Assembly: GCA_964016885.1 (NCBI GenBank)
Contig: OZ024751.1
Coordinates: 20,336,001 to 20,400,000 of the forward strand
Source: Eledone cirrhosa
Taxonomy: Eukaryota
Reading direction: 5' to 3'
Length of the DNA: 64,000 bases
In this document: positions 38,443 through 52,570 of the stretch, piece by piece
How the letters are laid out: every line of letters starts with the position of its first letter
How positions within the stretch are numbered: the first letter of the stretch is position 1
The notes under the pieces: model-generated
Told to the model about the DNA's origin: nothing
Database searches by the model: none
The model's input: the letters and a program-made list of their open reading frames with translations, nothing else
Position numbers and translations under genes: made by a program

Positions 38443-38676
38443 ATTATCTTCCTCCTCCTCCTCCTCAGCCTCCTCTTCACTTTGACAGCCATTTTCACAA
38501 GAATCATCATAATTCTTTGAAGAAAAAAGATAGGGGTGCCCTTCACCATCAGCATCGATTTCATAACTAATACCACAGCCATAAATAAACCCGGACAATG
38601 CATGGAAGTGAGAAAGTATTATCAATGCCTGAGTCACCTCAGACACAGACCAGTTATTCGGACCTTTTGTAAGTTT
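38443..38676 (-). CDS. Sesn: Sestrin exon (KLTKGPNNWSVSEVTQALIILSHFHALSGFIYGCGI...acidic linker)
   Basis: WS..E..QA...L.HFH.LS.F..GCGI sestrin motif. tttcAG acceptor, AAT|GTAAGT donor, 234 nt. Confidence 0.97.
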
Positions 38677-40040
38677 CTGAAAATTAAAATAAAATAAACT
38701 ATTAGATAAACACAAAAAAAATTTTTTAATAATTTAAAAAAAAATTTTTTTTTTTAAATGAAAAATATATATAAATAAACAATTATTGTCTCAAAAATCA
38801 AAACAAAGCTTGAGTGTATTTTAAATCCATAGAAATAATATTTCTATGGATTTAAAAGAACTAAATTTTATTACACAGAAACACATGACCAGACCAGACA
38901 AGAGACAGAGACGAATTTTAGCAGTGAGGTGGAAACACTTGATTGACCTTTATATATTGACCTTTAGTACATATACTGATCCCCCACCTGCCCATCCAGA
39001 TACAAATCCCCCTACCCTTGAAGGATAAAAGGCTACAGTTGACCAAGGGAAACTTTGGAATGCATGTATTAAATATAACAGTTTATTTGTTATATCTTAT
39101 ATATAATGGTTTGTATGTTCCTTTTATATTGTATGTGCAATGGTGTGTATATATATTATATAATGACGTGTATATATAATATATAATGGTGTGTATATGT
39201 ATTATATAACAGTTTGTATATATCTTATATTATGGTTTCTAATTTCGGCACAACACAATCCACTGCTATAATGATGATGATGATGAATAAACACTGTGCT
39301 TAAACACAAACACACACACCTAGATCATTCACTTACAATGGAGGAGGGAAAATCGTTAGGATAGGATAGGATAGGGTAGTAGTAGTAGTAGTAGTAGTAG
39401 TAGTAAATTATAAGACAAGGCTATGACACTAATTAACCAACAGAACTATAAGTATTAAATTATTAGTATTAATATTATTATAAGATAAGTGAAGAGAGAG
39501 AAAGAGTGAAATTTGTATTAAATTACTACTGTACAGCATAAGATTTAAATGGTTAAAATTAATCCCAAATAACTAATCTGTCCATCAATGCAGCCTCATC
39601 CTTACCCCCCCCCCCCTCATTATCATCCTCAATGTAATTCATGGTCTCTCAATTGCTCCAGTTTGTTTACTAACAGGCTGTAGAATAATCAAGTGTTCTA
39701 AGTGTACATGTAGTAGTTAAATAAGTTAGTGCAATGTACTAAAGGTTGTATAAAAAAAAAATTCTCAATCGAAATTTCCTATTTTAGATAGAGAAAGAAA
39801 AGAAACCTACTAGCCTAGTAGCATGTATACGTTAACAATTCTCTCTCCCCAGAAAATAAAAAGTGGGGGGAGATATTTTCATTCTATAATCACAGTTTAT
39901 TCCTGTAACTGAAATAGCAGACATGAAGGTTTTCAGCAAAACATAGGTGACATAAAAAAGATAGCACACACTACGGTTTGCTGTGAAACTATCATTAATT
40001 TTCCTTGGGTTTAAAGTATACAGCAGGGGCCAACTTTTAA

Positions 40041-40449
40041 TCTTTTAGCATTTAAACTGGCTGTATGTAGTCAGAATTCTCTCACCTCTTTCTGTTCAAA
40101 CCGGCCATAACTAACTACTCATACTTATGTTAAGGTATTGTTCTCAAAATAAATAGTTGTTTCTACTTTTGGCACAAGGCCAGCAATTACCCAGTACATT
40201 ACTGGTACTTTATTTTATCGATCCTGTAAGGATGAAAGGCAAAGTTAACCTCGACGGGATTTGAACTCGGACCATAAAGGGACGTAACTATGCTAGAAAG
40301 CATGGTGTCCAACCCTCTACCAATACTGCCAATTCACCGCTCTTCTCAAAATAAATATCAAAATCTCATAGATTCAATATTATGTAGATAAAGCCTTTAC
40401 CACCTTTACCATACAAGAGTAAATATAGAGTAATGTAAATGCTAAAGGG
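40041..40449 (+). mobile_element. piggyBac-like TTAA MITE, same family, interrupted by a SINE
   Basis: TTAA on both sides. The body resumes after the SINE TSD. Confidence 0.75.
40156..40342 (-). mobile_element. tRNA-derived SINE nested in a TTAA MITE, 15-bp TSD TTCTCAAAATAAATA
   Basis: TSD at 40141-40155 and 40343-40357. Body matches 4318-4505. Confidence 0.85.
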
Positions 40450-40724
40450 TTAATATAAAAAAAGTTTCAAGTGAACTACTGGCTCTTGGGTCTAAAGTAC
40501 CAGGAATACACCAGGAACCAACTTTAATATAAAACAGTTTCAAGTGGTGAACTACTGGTTTTTTAGTCTAAAGTACCAGGAATACACCCGGGGCCAACTT
40601 TAATATAAAACAGTTTCAAGTGGTGAACTACTGCCTCTTGAGTTTAAAGTACCAGGGACCAAATTTAATATAAAATAGTATTGCTTTTTGCCAGCACTGT
40701 GATAAATCAATAGACAGATAGACT

Positions 40725-41040
40725 GGGATGATGTGTTGTTTCCTTGAGCAAGACACTTTATTTCACATTGCTCCAGTTTACTCAGCTGTAGAAATGAGAT
40801 GATAGGACTGGAGTCCCTATCATTACACTGCAAAGTGGACGTGGAGGTGCCACGAAAAAAAGCACCCAGCACTCACTGTAAATGAGGTTGGTGTTAGGAA
40901 GGGCATCCAGCTGTAAAAATCAAGCCGGAATCAGTTCCCGTATGAGCAAAGCAAGGTCAGCCGACCGGACATTGCCCACAACAGGACAACCCTTTCTCAC
41001 CCATGCTAGCGTGAAAGAACAGACGTAAAATGGTGATGAT
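40725..41040 (+). mobile_element. Second SINE family with RTE-like 3' tail (...acccatgctagc...gacgtaaaatg(gat)n). Other copies at about 19290-19480 (-) and 43025-43240 (-)
   Basis: Shared ttaggaagggcatccagc and cccatgctagc blocks and a (GAT)n tail. Confidence 0.6.
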
Positions 41041-42632
41041 TACTGTTTAACAGGATCATGATCAAGCAAACCAACCCTTATAGATTTCTTTTTTCACAGT
41101 AGTAAGATCATTTCATCAGTTTATTTACATACTTCTTGAAGTTGAAAGTTGAGCTGTTAGGTTGTTCTATGAGAGAGAAAGAGAGATTTGTCACACACAC
41201 ACACACACATACACACATGTTACAATAGTGTAAAGTTTTATGTTGTTTATCACTCCACGGTAAACATGTTTATTCTTTATTTGTATATAATATACTTTTC
41301 TAAGCAATGTATGTCTATATACACATACATATTATGTGGTAGTTTTCTATGCTCTGTGTGTGTATATATATACATGTCTATATAAACATGTATATAATAT
41401 ATTTTTCAATGCTACATGTGTTTATTATATGCATGTATATTAAATAGTTTTCTGCTGTGAGTTTATGTTTTATTTTATCAGTTTTCTATGCTGTGAATGT
41501 ATGAGTCTATATATATATGTTAGATTATATGGTGGGTTTTCTATGCTCTGTGTGTCTATATACATGTTAGATTATATGGTACTTTTCTAGGCTCTGTGTG
41601 TGTGTATGTATGTTAGATTATATGGTACTTTTCTAGGCTCTGTGTGTGTGTATGTATGTTAGATTATATGGTACTTTTCTATGCTGTGTGTGTGTGTGCC
41701 TGTGTGCGTGTGCGTGTGCGTGTGTAAAGTAAAACTCCAGTAGGGCAACTGAAGGCTGGCCTACTTTTCTGTAGCAGCAAGTGAACCAGTCGCAGCTGGT
41801 TGGTGGGGGAACATTAGCAAAAAAATAAAAGAATATAAACTCATTTTTAATACTTTATCATATACTGGATTTCCACAATAAACACATACACACTACAAAA
41901 GGCAGTTTACACAAAACATTCATACACATACGTACAGGCAATAATATAGAACAATTTATCATGCATACCCACAAACATACAGACTACAAAACATAATTTA
42001 CACACACACACACACACACACACAGAATAAGTTTCTATAGACTAGAGTGGCTTTCTCATTCATTGCTATCTGTAGGTTGACATGACACTATAGATTAGGG
42101 ACAGATGGAAATGGGTGGGGAGGAAGATATTTTCAAAAATGTATTTTAGAGGAATTTTAAAGTTTGTTGAAGTCTTGTTTCAGCCGAGTGGCTCTGAAGG
42201 CTAGAGCTTATCTGGGGTTTGATGAGGTGTTAAGTAACAAAGTACAAGATGTCACAGACATACACATGACAGCCAACACACACACGATAGACAATGCGCA
42301 CACACACACACAGATGTCACATACGCGACAAACACACACAAAAAACGCATGACAGACAACAGACACATACACAGATGGAGCCGATGACACAGACATACAT
42401 ACACATACACACACAGAACAGATGACACAGACACAAAGAGGACATACACATAACATGAGAGAGACACAAACACAAAATGCCGGAACTCGATCCAGGAAGT
42501 TCATTGTAAGATTTACCTGTCCTAGCTGTTGCCGTTAGTATTCACTGTTTTCCAGTTGATTGAACGCGAACAACATATGAAATGAAGTGTCATTCTCAAG
42601 GACACAATGTACTAAGCCAGCTGAAGATCAAA

Positions 42633-43010
42633 AGCCCAGCACTTTCACATCAGGCCCAGCAGCATAACCCCCTAAGCCTAGCACTTTCACATCAGGCCCA
42701 GCAGCATAACCCCCTAAGCCTAGCACTTTCACATCAGGCCCAGCAGCATAACCCCCTAAGCCTAGCACTTTCACATCAGGCCCAGCAGCATAACCCCCTA
42801 AGCCTAGCACTTTCACATCAGGCCCAGCAGCATAACCCCCTAAGCCTAGCACTTTCACATCAGGCCCAGCAGCATAACCCCCTAAGCCCAGCACTTTCAC
42901 ATCAGGCCTAGCAGCCTAAGCCCTAAGCCCAGCACTTTCACATCAGGCCTAGCAGCCTAAGCCCTAAGCCCAGCACTTTCACATCAGGCCCAGCAGCCTC
43001 AGCCCTAGGC
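42633..43010 (+). repeat. 42-bp minisatellite, about 9 copies, in a sestrin intron
   Basis: Unit agcactttcacatcaggcccagcagcataaccccctaagcct. Confidence 0.9.
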
Positions 43011-43278
43011 CACACACAGATATCTCATCATCATCATCATTAACGTTTTTATGTCAAGGTTTCCATGCTGGCATGGGTTAGATTAAGATGGGTCTTTTCT
43101 GAGGCAATGTTTTACAACCCTTTACATGAAGATATCATCGCCATCATTATCAACGTCTTTATGTCAACTTTTCCATGCAGGAATGGGTTAGATTGTTTTG
43201 AGGCAATGTTTTACAATCGGGTACCCTTCCTGCCCAACAATAAAGCAACAGAAACAACAACTAAGTACTGAAACTTAC

Positions 43279-43461
43279 CTCTATATGTGATTTGTTTATT
43301 AACCACGGCCTATGGGCAAGTAATTTGTTAATTTCATAAAGGTCTCTTAGTTTCTGTGGGATGTAATCCAATCCTTTCAGCCAGTCAGCATTGCCACTCT
43401 GTAGGAGGAACTCAGTAGCTTGAAGGTTAATGAGGTAGGAACATTTATGTCGACCAGCAGC
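43279..43461 (-). CDS. Sesn: Sestrin exon ([14 protein letters not shown]...[16 protein letters not shown]), carries the Cys equivalent to SESN2 Cys125
   Basis: AA.RH.CSYL and LAHRPWLI sestrin motifs. ttccAG acceptor, GAG|GTAAGT donor, 183 nt. Confidence 0.98.
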
Positions 43462-43506
43462 CTGGAAAGAGAAGGAGGAGGTGGTGGTGGTGAGAAGAGT
43501 ATTTAA

Positions 43507-43720
43507 CACTTTAGTATTTAAACCAACCATATCCGGCCAGAATTCTCTCACCTCTTTCTGTTCAAACCAGCCATAACTGGCTACTCATATCAATAAGGTA
43601 TTGTTCACAAAATAGACATCAAAATCTCATATATTCGATATTATGCGAGATATTTTATAAGATAAAGCCTTTACCACAAAAATACAATAGTATATATAGA
43701 GTAATGTAAATGCTAAAGGG
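43507..43720 (+). mobile_element. piggyBac-like TTAA MITE, same family
   Basis: TTAA on both sides. About 44 nt from the sestrin acceptor AG at 43463-43462. Confidence 0.75.
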
Positions 43721-44834
43721 TTAAATGGTTAGAGCTGAATGAAGAAAAATCATTAGAAAAATACAAATATATATCAGGGAAATGATCAACAAGATCCCAG
43801 ACCTCACTCGCTTACTGAGTGGAGTGGAACTTATCAAATCAGACCAATGAAACAGTGTTTCTATTGATCTTCCCATTGCTGTTACTATCTACCAGTTGCA
43901 AGTCCTGGCAGAAAGAGCAATGTGAAAATAAAGTTTCTTGTTCAAAGTTCATGAATTGAAACTTGCAACATGCCTTTATATTATTAAGCTCTTAATGTCC
44001 TGCACCACATGAAACCACATTAGCAAGACATTCTTGAAAAGTTCACAAAAAGTAAAACCTCAACCAATCCACCTGATGACATAAGCCCATATCAATGGGG
44101 TTTTCTTTTAAAGTTTAATTATGAAGAGACTTTTCAGGGTTCCTGTGACTGATGAGAAGAAAGTCTTGTTAAATTAAGACCTGGTATGAATGCTTGCAAC
44201 AGAGGGAATTCTGCTGTGCTAATACCATCCATAGGTCTGATGGTGGTATTACACCTGGTGATGGAAGATTTAAGTCTACCCACCACCCAAGCAGGCCACA
44301 AGATCTGAACCTCAGGTTGCAAAGCTGGAACATATATTGCAAAGCATCTCCTCTAGTGCTCTAAAAATTAAACTAACCCATTGTCCGGGACTTGCGCTTT
44401 TATCTTAACTCTGAAAGAATGGAAGGTTGAGAAAGTTGAACTCAAGTGTGCAGAGAGCCACTGAACTGAACCAGTGCTTTATCTTATTGACTCCAGAGGA
44501 ACAAGGTAAGGTTAAAGGCAAAGTCGATCTTAGCAAAATTTGAACTTGGATTGCAGCAAGCCAGAACAGATATAAGTATTTGAATGAGTCAAAGGCTTGA
44601 AAATCTAGTAATAATTATTATACTATAGGAAAAATAAATCAACAAAAAAAAAATAAATAAATAAAAAATAATCAGTAAAACAAATTTACGGCAGACTTAA
44701 AAAAATTAATTTTAAAACATTTTCATAATCTATTTTTTTAGTTCTTTTATTTTTTTTTTTTGGTGATGGTGGTGTGTGTGAGGGGGCAATTTAAGAAAGA
44801 GAAAAAAAAAATGACAATGAAAGGAAATACTCAC

Positions 44835-45005
44835 CATTATTGCTATATAATGTCTATAAGCAAATGGTAATGGCCCATCAGCTCTCATTAGATGGTTCTG
44901 AGTCTTGAGAAAACACTCGAGGTACTTGGTGTGGTAAGCCATCAATTGTGTGATATAGTCAAGACGATTGTTTGCGATAAACGCATTCACAAACTGAGAA
45001 TGTGA
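44835..45005 (-). CDS. Sesn: Sestrin exon (SHSQFVNAFIANNRLDYITQLMAYH...DGPLPFAYRHYIAIM)
   Basis: Sestrin N-domain motif DGPLP..YRHYIAIM. Polypyrimidine tract and ctttcAG acceptor, ATG|GTGAGT donor, 171 nt. Confidence 0.97.
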
Positions 45006-45112
45006 CTGAAAGAAAGGGAGAGAGGGGAGAAAATTATTTAATATATCAGATATAGAAATTTAGGAAGAGGTGGCAGGAGGAAAAAGAGACCCCTGCCACC
45101 TATGAAGCTTAA

Positions 45113-45367
45113 CCTTTCATTACCATATTTTTCAAATCATTTCAAAATTTATGAAGAATTTGGAAATATTTCATTTTGAAATTATTTTGAAAATTCAAGA
45201 ATTTGGAGAAAAATTTTTTTTTTATTATTTTGAAAATATTCGAGAATTTGGAAAAATTAAATTTTGAAATTAAATCCAAAATTGAGAAATTTTGAAATTA
45301 TTTTGATAATAAATCAAAAATTTTGAGAAATATAACTAACTTCCATTAGAAATATGGTAATGAATGC
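45113..45367. mobile_element. Third TTAA-flanked MITE (TIR ..TTCATTACCATATTT)
   Basis: TTAA on both sides, TIR of about 18 bp, AT-rich internally repetitive body. Confidence 0.6.
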
Positions 45368-46959
45368 TTAAAAAACACTTTACATTTTAAATAAAACATC
45401 ATTAGTCGGTATTAAATACATACATACATAGTCTAATTTAAATGATTTCTGGCACGTTGAAGATAATTGGAGATGAAAGAAGACAAAAACAAAAAATGAA
45501 ATCAATATCAAAATAATTATTCATATATACTGATATGACATCTGCCACAGGAGAAAAATAAACATTTTTGGCAAGTATACATTGCCATGAGCCAGTGGCA
45601 TGGTGGACCAGGTTCTACTAAACAGACCTAGTTGGCAGCAGGTTTGGTAAAAACTAGTTCAATAAATAATTGCTGACAGTTGTTGCTGCTGCAAACATTT
45701 CATTCAGTGTGTGCCATGGATATAATGTGTTAGTATTAAACTCTATATTCTATATATTACAACAGTCTCTTCAGTATATTGTTTATTTACTGAGTTAGTT
45801 GGCTGCCAGGATGAGATGAGATGAGATGAGATGAGAAAGAAACTAGAGTGGGTAGCACTACCGTGAAATTGGTGGGTTGTAACCTGTAACCAAGGTAATG
45901 TAGTGGGCGTTTTCTTTCTGTTTCATTCAATGTGTGTGTTGCAACATGGACAGAATGTATCAGCAACTCAACTCTATAGATTGGTCTCATCAGTATACCT
46001 ATTCAGCTGACTGCTGTTGAGAAACAAGCAAGCAGTACCTACTAAGTAACTGGCAAGCAGTACCTGCCAAATAACAGGTTAGTGGGCGGTACTTACTAAA
46101 TAACAGGTTGGTGGGCGGTACCTGCTAAATAACTGGTGGGCGGTACCTACCAAATAACAGGTGGGAAGTACCGTACCAAGAAACTGGAGGGTGGGCATTA
46201 CCAAGTTATTGCTGTTTGCTGTGTATGATGGACAGAATGTCTTAACTCTCTCTACACAACATTGGCTTCCTTGGGTTTTACCCAAGAGAGCTTGCTGATA
46301 TGAAATAAATGGGTGGTACCAGATCAACTGAGAATATTACCTGTATGATAATGTTACTGGTAATAGCTAAACTACTAACACTATGGAAAACTGATTTATT
46401 TCATGCTAGGAACCTGAAGGTGTGAGGAGGTCGGGATGTTGGACTCATTACCATATAAGGTCACGAGTTATATTCCTGGCTAAAAACAGTATATTGCGTT
46501 CCTAAGTAACATTGCTTCATTTCACGTTGCTTTTCATGGTAGGACTGAAGACCCCCCCCCTCCCCCTCCCCTATTAAAAACATACAAAATTCTAAGAAGC
46601 CAACTAAATATACATTGATGTGAGCTATAAATTTCATTCATCTTTTCCTTGAATGGAAACACCACAAGTTCTGAAGAGTCTCTACTAAGAACAGAAAGAA
46701 CAAAGAACAAACAAGATTGCTGGATGGTGGAAACAAACCATACCAGCAGCACTACTGAACACCATATCAGCAGCACTACCAAAGACAATACCAGCAGCAC
46801 TACCAAAGACAATACCAGCAGCACTACCAAAGACAATACCAGCAGCACTATCAAACACAATACTACCTCGTAAGGAGGATGAAAGACAAAGCTAACCTCG
46901 ATGCAAAGCATTTTGTCCAACACTCTACCAATACTACCAATTCATGCTCTACTTATCTT

Positions 46960-47122
46960 AATAATTGTTTCTACTTTAGGCACAAGGCCAGCAATTACCC
47001 CAGTGTAATACTGGTACTTTCTTTTATCAACCCCATAAGGACGAAAGGCAAAGTTAACCTCGGCAGGATTTGAACTCAGACTGGAAAGCATGGCGTCCGA
47101 CCCTTTATTGATACTGCCAATC
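46960..47122 (-). mobile_element. tRNA-derived SINE, same family (further partial copies at about 50468-50585, 29030-29225 and 22405-22520)
   Basis: Sequence similarity to 4318-4505. Confidence 0.7.
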
Positions 47123-49014
47123 CAATGAAATAATTTTAGTTTAAAAGCCCATGAAATTTGTCGTTAATTAATTGCTATAGAGTGTATTTTATTAGGAATA
47201 TAGTCATGAAAGGGATAATTAAATGTTACTGCTGACAATCCACTTATTGTAAAATAAATGTTAGAAATCAGATGGAGTTTTATTGTAGGCATTATTTCCC
47301 TTTTTCTTTAGCAGATATCGATTCAATAAATTCTAGATTATATCAGTACAACAAGCTGTTATATATAACCCTAGGTTAGCATTGGTTGAGCAGATCTGTT
47401 TGAGCAGATCTTTTTACTTTTCTTAAGTGCAGGAGAGGCTAGTTTCTTCAACACTATAAAATGCATCCTTTTCCTAAACTGCTCAAGTGTGTACGTGATT
47501 GATTTATATAGAAATTTGACTGCTATTTCTAGCATTTTTGAGCAACCACATAAAGGCAGTGGTCTCCTTGGAGTAAACATCAGATGGGAATGTTATCTAT
47601 TATAGATAAACTGACATTTTATCTATGGGCAGATTTATATCTCTGCCAATTAAATATATGAAATGGAGAGGGGGGCAAACCTACTTAAAAGCTCTTCAAG
47701 GCTTAGGAGACATTTATTTACCAAATGTATTTGTGTGTATATGTGTGTTGCCTATGTGTATACATGAAATGTGTGTGAAGAAGGTGTCTATTTCACCAAT
47801 GCAGCAAAAGTGGTGGTGATGAACTCTTACATCTTCTGCATAAACATTAACTAAATATAACTGCCAGGAAAGGTATTTCTGGCCATATAAAATACTGCCT
47901 CAATAAATTATTGTCCAGCCCATGCTAGCATAGAAAAGAATGTTTTTTCCATGCCTTCATCTTCTCACTTTTTATTTTTCTATTTTATCTTTTATTTATC
48001 ATTGTATCTCCTGATGAAAGACCAGTGTCCAAAACGTTAAGACTCTTTTCGTACTATATCAAGTGTTAAAAGAGTATATCTCTTCATTGTACTGTGTAGT
48101 TTGCTTTGTTGTTTCCATTTACATTTTGCACACACGCACACACACACTGTTGGATTTTGCCAAGAAACATTGAGTAGGTGTTCAATCAACTAACATGTTA
48201 AGTGGCTGAGTATTCCACATATAGGCACAATATGCAAGTAACTCAGTTACAGAATACGTATTCTGTATACGTTTATGAGATGGAGGAGGAGAGGGTTGAA
48301 AGTAAGTAAAATATTCATTCATGTCTTTCTCAAAAGGTATTTTTCTAGAATGGAGCAATGTGTGTGTGTTAACTGACCAACTGATTGCAACCAGCTTGTT
48401 GGACACCTTTTCTTTTTCTCGCTGGTCACTCCCCTTTTTTCTAACAGACAATAGATTCAATTTCAGCCAGTTATTATTATCATTGTTGTTACTGTTGAGA
48501 CCCGTTTTCCATGCTTTTCAGATTGATGTTTCTACCAAATCGGGTGTAAGATATTTTTACCAATAAGTAAGAGGCAGGACAGTTTTGCGACTGAATGGTT
48601 GACAGTAGCATAATTATTGCTGGCCTTTCTTCAGGAAAAATGCTTTTCCACCGACTAAGTGTAACCGAGTTTTCCTCCACCGAGTTGGATGAACAGATAG
48701 GCCCCAAATCCTTTCAATATTTTCTTGTTCACAGGGTATAGCTAAACTTTCCTTTGCCAAATTGGGAGGTAAGCAGGTGAAATGGAACGATAAATACATT
48801 GGAATGTATTATTGTTGTCTATTCTTTAGACAATATTCTCACCACAGAGAGTAGCGGAAGACAGACGCCAGATATTACTGTGTAACCAAGGATTGAGAAC
48901 AATTCATGATTTTCTTTTTATTTATTTTTATATCAGTTTTTGCTTTCTCTTTTTTCGTTTTTGCTCTCTCTGTATATTTATGTGGAATAACTGATACAAC
49001 AGATACATCACTGT

Positions 49015-49410
49015 TCTCTATTTATTCTCCATGACAATTACACTTTTGCCATCATGTCTAAAGGGCTAAACTGATATTTATTCTCCATGACAATAACACC
49101 TCTTGTCATCTTGTCCAAAGGACTGAACTAATATTTATTTTCCATGACAATCACACTTTTGCCATCGTGTCCGAAATGCTGAATTGATATATTTATTCTC
49201 CATGACAAAAAAAAACAACTTTTGCTATCTTGTCCGAAGAGCTAAAAAGTAAGATATTTATTCTCCATGACAATAACACTTTTTTGCCATCTTGTCCGAA
49301 GGGTTGAAGTAAGATATTTATTTTTCACGATGAAAGAATTTTGCCATCGTCCGAAGGGCATATTTATTCTTCATGATGAAAAAAATGTTGCCATCTTGTC
49401 CGAAGGGCTT
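49015..49410 (+). repeat. Degenerate tandem repeat of about 57 bp (about 7 copies)
   Basis: Recurring tatttattctccatgacaa...ttttgccatcttgtccgaaggg. Confidence 0.75.
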
Positions 49411-49745
49411 AGCTGTGTAGTCAATAGTAAATACTTTACTCCCTTTTTATTGCTTCTTAATTGTTTATTTAGCTTTGTCATGGTGCATATTGGAAAAAAA
49501 ACTTTAAAAGAATTATTCTCTACCACAACCCACAAACCCAACTTTTTTTTTTTTTAATTTAATGGTTTGTGAAGTGAAACTAATGTTACAATCAAACATT
49601 GAGAAATATCAATTCAATTTATATTGGACGACAAAGAAATTTAAAAAAAAAAAAAAAAGGAACTTTAAAATTTTAAAGTTATTTCACAGATCAAAATAAA
49701 AAAAAAAAACTTTAAATTACTAAATATATATATATATATGTGTGT

Positions 49746-49795
<50 letters not shown>

Positions 49796-49810
49796 GTGTG
49801 TGTGTGTGTG

Positions 49811-49858
<48 letters not shown>

Positions 49859-50348
49859 ATTTTATAATGGATGAACTAAATTTCATGAAATAAGCAGGCA
49901 GCCTGCTGTGTTGTATGTAAGAAATGAAGAGAGAGCAGTGGTTTGTGTGTGTGCAAGTATGTGTATGTGTATATATATATAAGTGGTAGATATCTAAACA
50001 GTAAAAAAAAGGTATCATCATCATCGTCATCACAGCAGTACCACCAGCTGTGTCAAAGAAATCAACAGTCAACAGTGTAAACAACATAAATTAGGTTGAA
50101 ACAGTTCACAATTGATCAGATACCAACTTAAGGAGAGAGAGAAGCTTTGCATAAACAACCAACCATTGCATATCTTTGAAAGAGTTAAAAGAAACAAGAG
50201 CAGCAATAAGAGAGAGAGAGAGAGAGATGTAAAAACCGCGACCGCAGTGCCAAACGGTTGCGATTTTGGATTCATAAATATCTGTGTGTTGATAGAATAA
50301 TATAGTGTATATATATATATATACACACACATGCATTGGGGATGTATG

Positions 50349-50385
<37 letters not shown>

Positions 50386-51139
50386 TAGGCTTAGATAGGA
50401 ATTTAAACTTCATAGCAGAGATTTTTTTCTTCCAAGGTTAACCACGCACACACACACACAAATTATTATAATTGTTTCTACTTTTGGCACAAGGCCAGCA
50501 ATTACTCAGTACATTACTGGTACTTTATTTTATCGACCCCGTAAGGATGAAAGGCAAAGTTAACCTCGGCGGGATTTGAACTCAGTATAATAGGAAACAA
50601 AAAGAAACCAAAACAATCATTAAGGACCAGCCTTAATTCTTTGGATGCCATTAAGTTTGTTACTGAGTGGGGTGGAGTGAAGAAATAGTCAGAGAAAGAG
50701 AGAGAGGGAAGAAGACAGAATCAGAGAAAGAGAGAAGAAGAGAAGGGTCAGAGAAACAGAAAGAGAGAATCAGAGAGAGAGAGAGGTGCAGGAAGAAGGG
50801 CCAGAGAAAAAGAGAGATATAGAAAGGATCAGAGAAAGGGTCAAAGAAAGAAAAGGATCAAAGAATCAGAAAAAGATAGAGAAGGAGAAGGGAGAGGAAG
50901 GTAAATTCTAAATAAAGCAAGGAATGTTCATATTTCTGTGTATTGTTAGTGTTATCAATTAATCCTTTTGTAGATATTTTTATATTAACACAGTTGGCTG
51001 TCTTTTATATGGTTAATTAACAGCAGAGCAGAGCAAAGTTCAAATACCTTAGAAACAAACCAATTGGGAGTAAATGCAAGGCAAGGATTCAAAAATGCTT
51101 ATTTAATCTGAATTTTTTGCTGAGCCCTCGTATGTCAAC

Positions 51140-51193
<54 letters not shown>

Positions 51194-51256
51194 TGGAAAA
51201 CACAGAGATAGACATTTCCCCTCATCAGATTTTTGCTGCGGGTCTCAGATGTTCCG

Positions 51257-51299
<43 letters not shown>

Positions 51300-51954
51300 G
51301 ATGGATTCAGTTTGAAACTGGTTAGACCATTACTCACCAGAGTACTGGATACTTGGGGTAGTAGATATGGTTATATTATAAAGAGTCGGGACCCCATGGC
51401 TGAGCTCTGATCGTTTCAACAGCCACTCACATATATATATATATACTGTACATATTTGTGTGTGATTGTTAGACATCCATTGTTTCCAACGAGACAAGTC
51501 TTCCAGCTGATTTAATCAACAGAACTCCCTGCCTGCTCGTGAAATCAATGTGTAAGTGACTGAGCATTCCTCAAACATGTAGACCTTTTTACATACTCCC
51601 CGGTGAGATTCACAGCGGCGCAATCACAATGTGTGACAAAGCTAGCTCCCTTGATTTGCCAGCAACGTGAAATAAAGTATCTTGGCGCCTGGTCTGGGAG
51701 TCGCACTTATGAGCCGGTTACCCTAAACACTAAAACGTCTGAAGTCTGTTTCGAACTCATCAGGCCAGTGTTTATACCGGATTCAGTTGCGTTAAGCGAC
51801 TGGACAAGACCCCATCTCATCGCAGGGTTAAACCCCCTAACTACTGCTGGTACTTATTTTCAGCTATGTATACTAGAGCAACGGGAAATGAAGTGTTTTG
51901 ATCACAACACTATCCAGGTATCGAACATTAAGATCATATGTCCAACACTCTCAC

Positions 51955-51993
<39 letters not shown>

Positions 51994-52429
51994 GGTCTAT
52001 ATATATATTGGTCTAACCCATGCTAGCGTGGAAGATGGACGTTAAACGATGATGATGATAATATATGATCAAGTCATTCCAGCCATGACTATCCAAAAAC
52101 AGACGAAGCACACATACTGAGCATAACAGAAAAGACAAGAAACATGATATTGGGCGGTTACAACAGCAATATAGGAAATCTCTTAACTGTCAGCGAATTT
52201 AATGGAGCAAGACGGATGACACTGTAAAACTAACAATAGAAGAAACATACCGTCGCCTTCAAGCTGATATTCTAACTAGGCTAGGACAGATATATATATA
52301 GGAAAATAGTCAGGACCCCGACGGCTGAGCTCCGGCCGTTTCGACAGCTAGATCCGATCCGAACGAATCGTAATATCGATGATAGTCAGAAGATCACTGA
52401 TGATGGACAGTCCCGTTTCTCGCTCTATT

Positions 52430-52496
<67 letters not shown>

Positions 52497-52501
<5 letters not shown>

Positions 52502-52570
52502 CGTCCCCAAAATGTATGCACACTTATTAGAATGCTGTTGAAGTCTGTATACATTTTTTGGGACACCCTG
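52497..52570. mobile_element. Tiny Tc1/mariner-type MITE
   Basis: Imperfect TIRs CAGGGTGTCCCAAAA..ATGTATACA. TA at the right end. Confidence 0.5.

Noticed and set aside
42582-42911. 14-aa repeat ORFs (LALSHQAQQHNPLS)
   Set aside because: By-product of a 42-bp intronic minisatellite.
51205-51225. Minus-strand CTGATGA-GGG-GAAAT-GTC hammerhead-like string
   Set aside because: No stem II and weak stem I. At best a deleted remnant.
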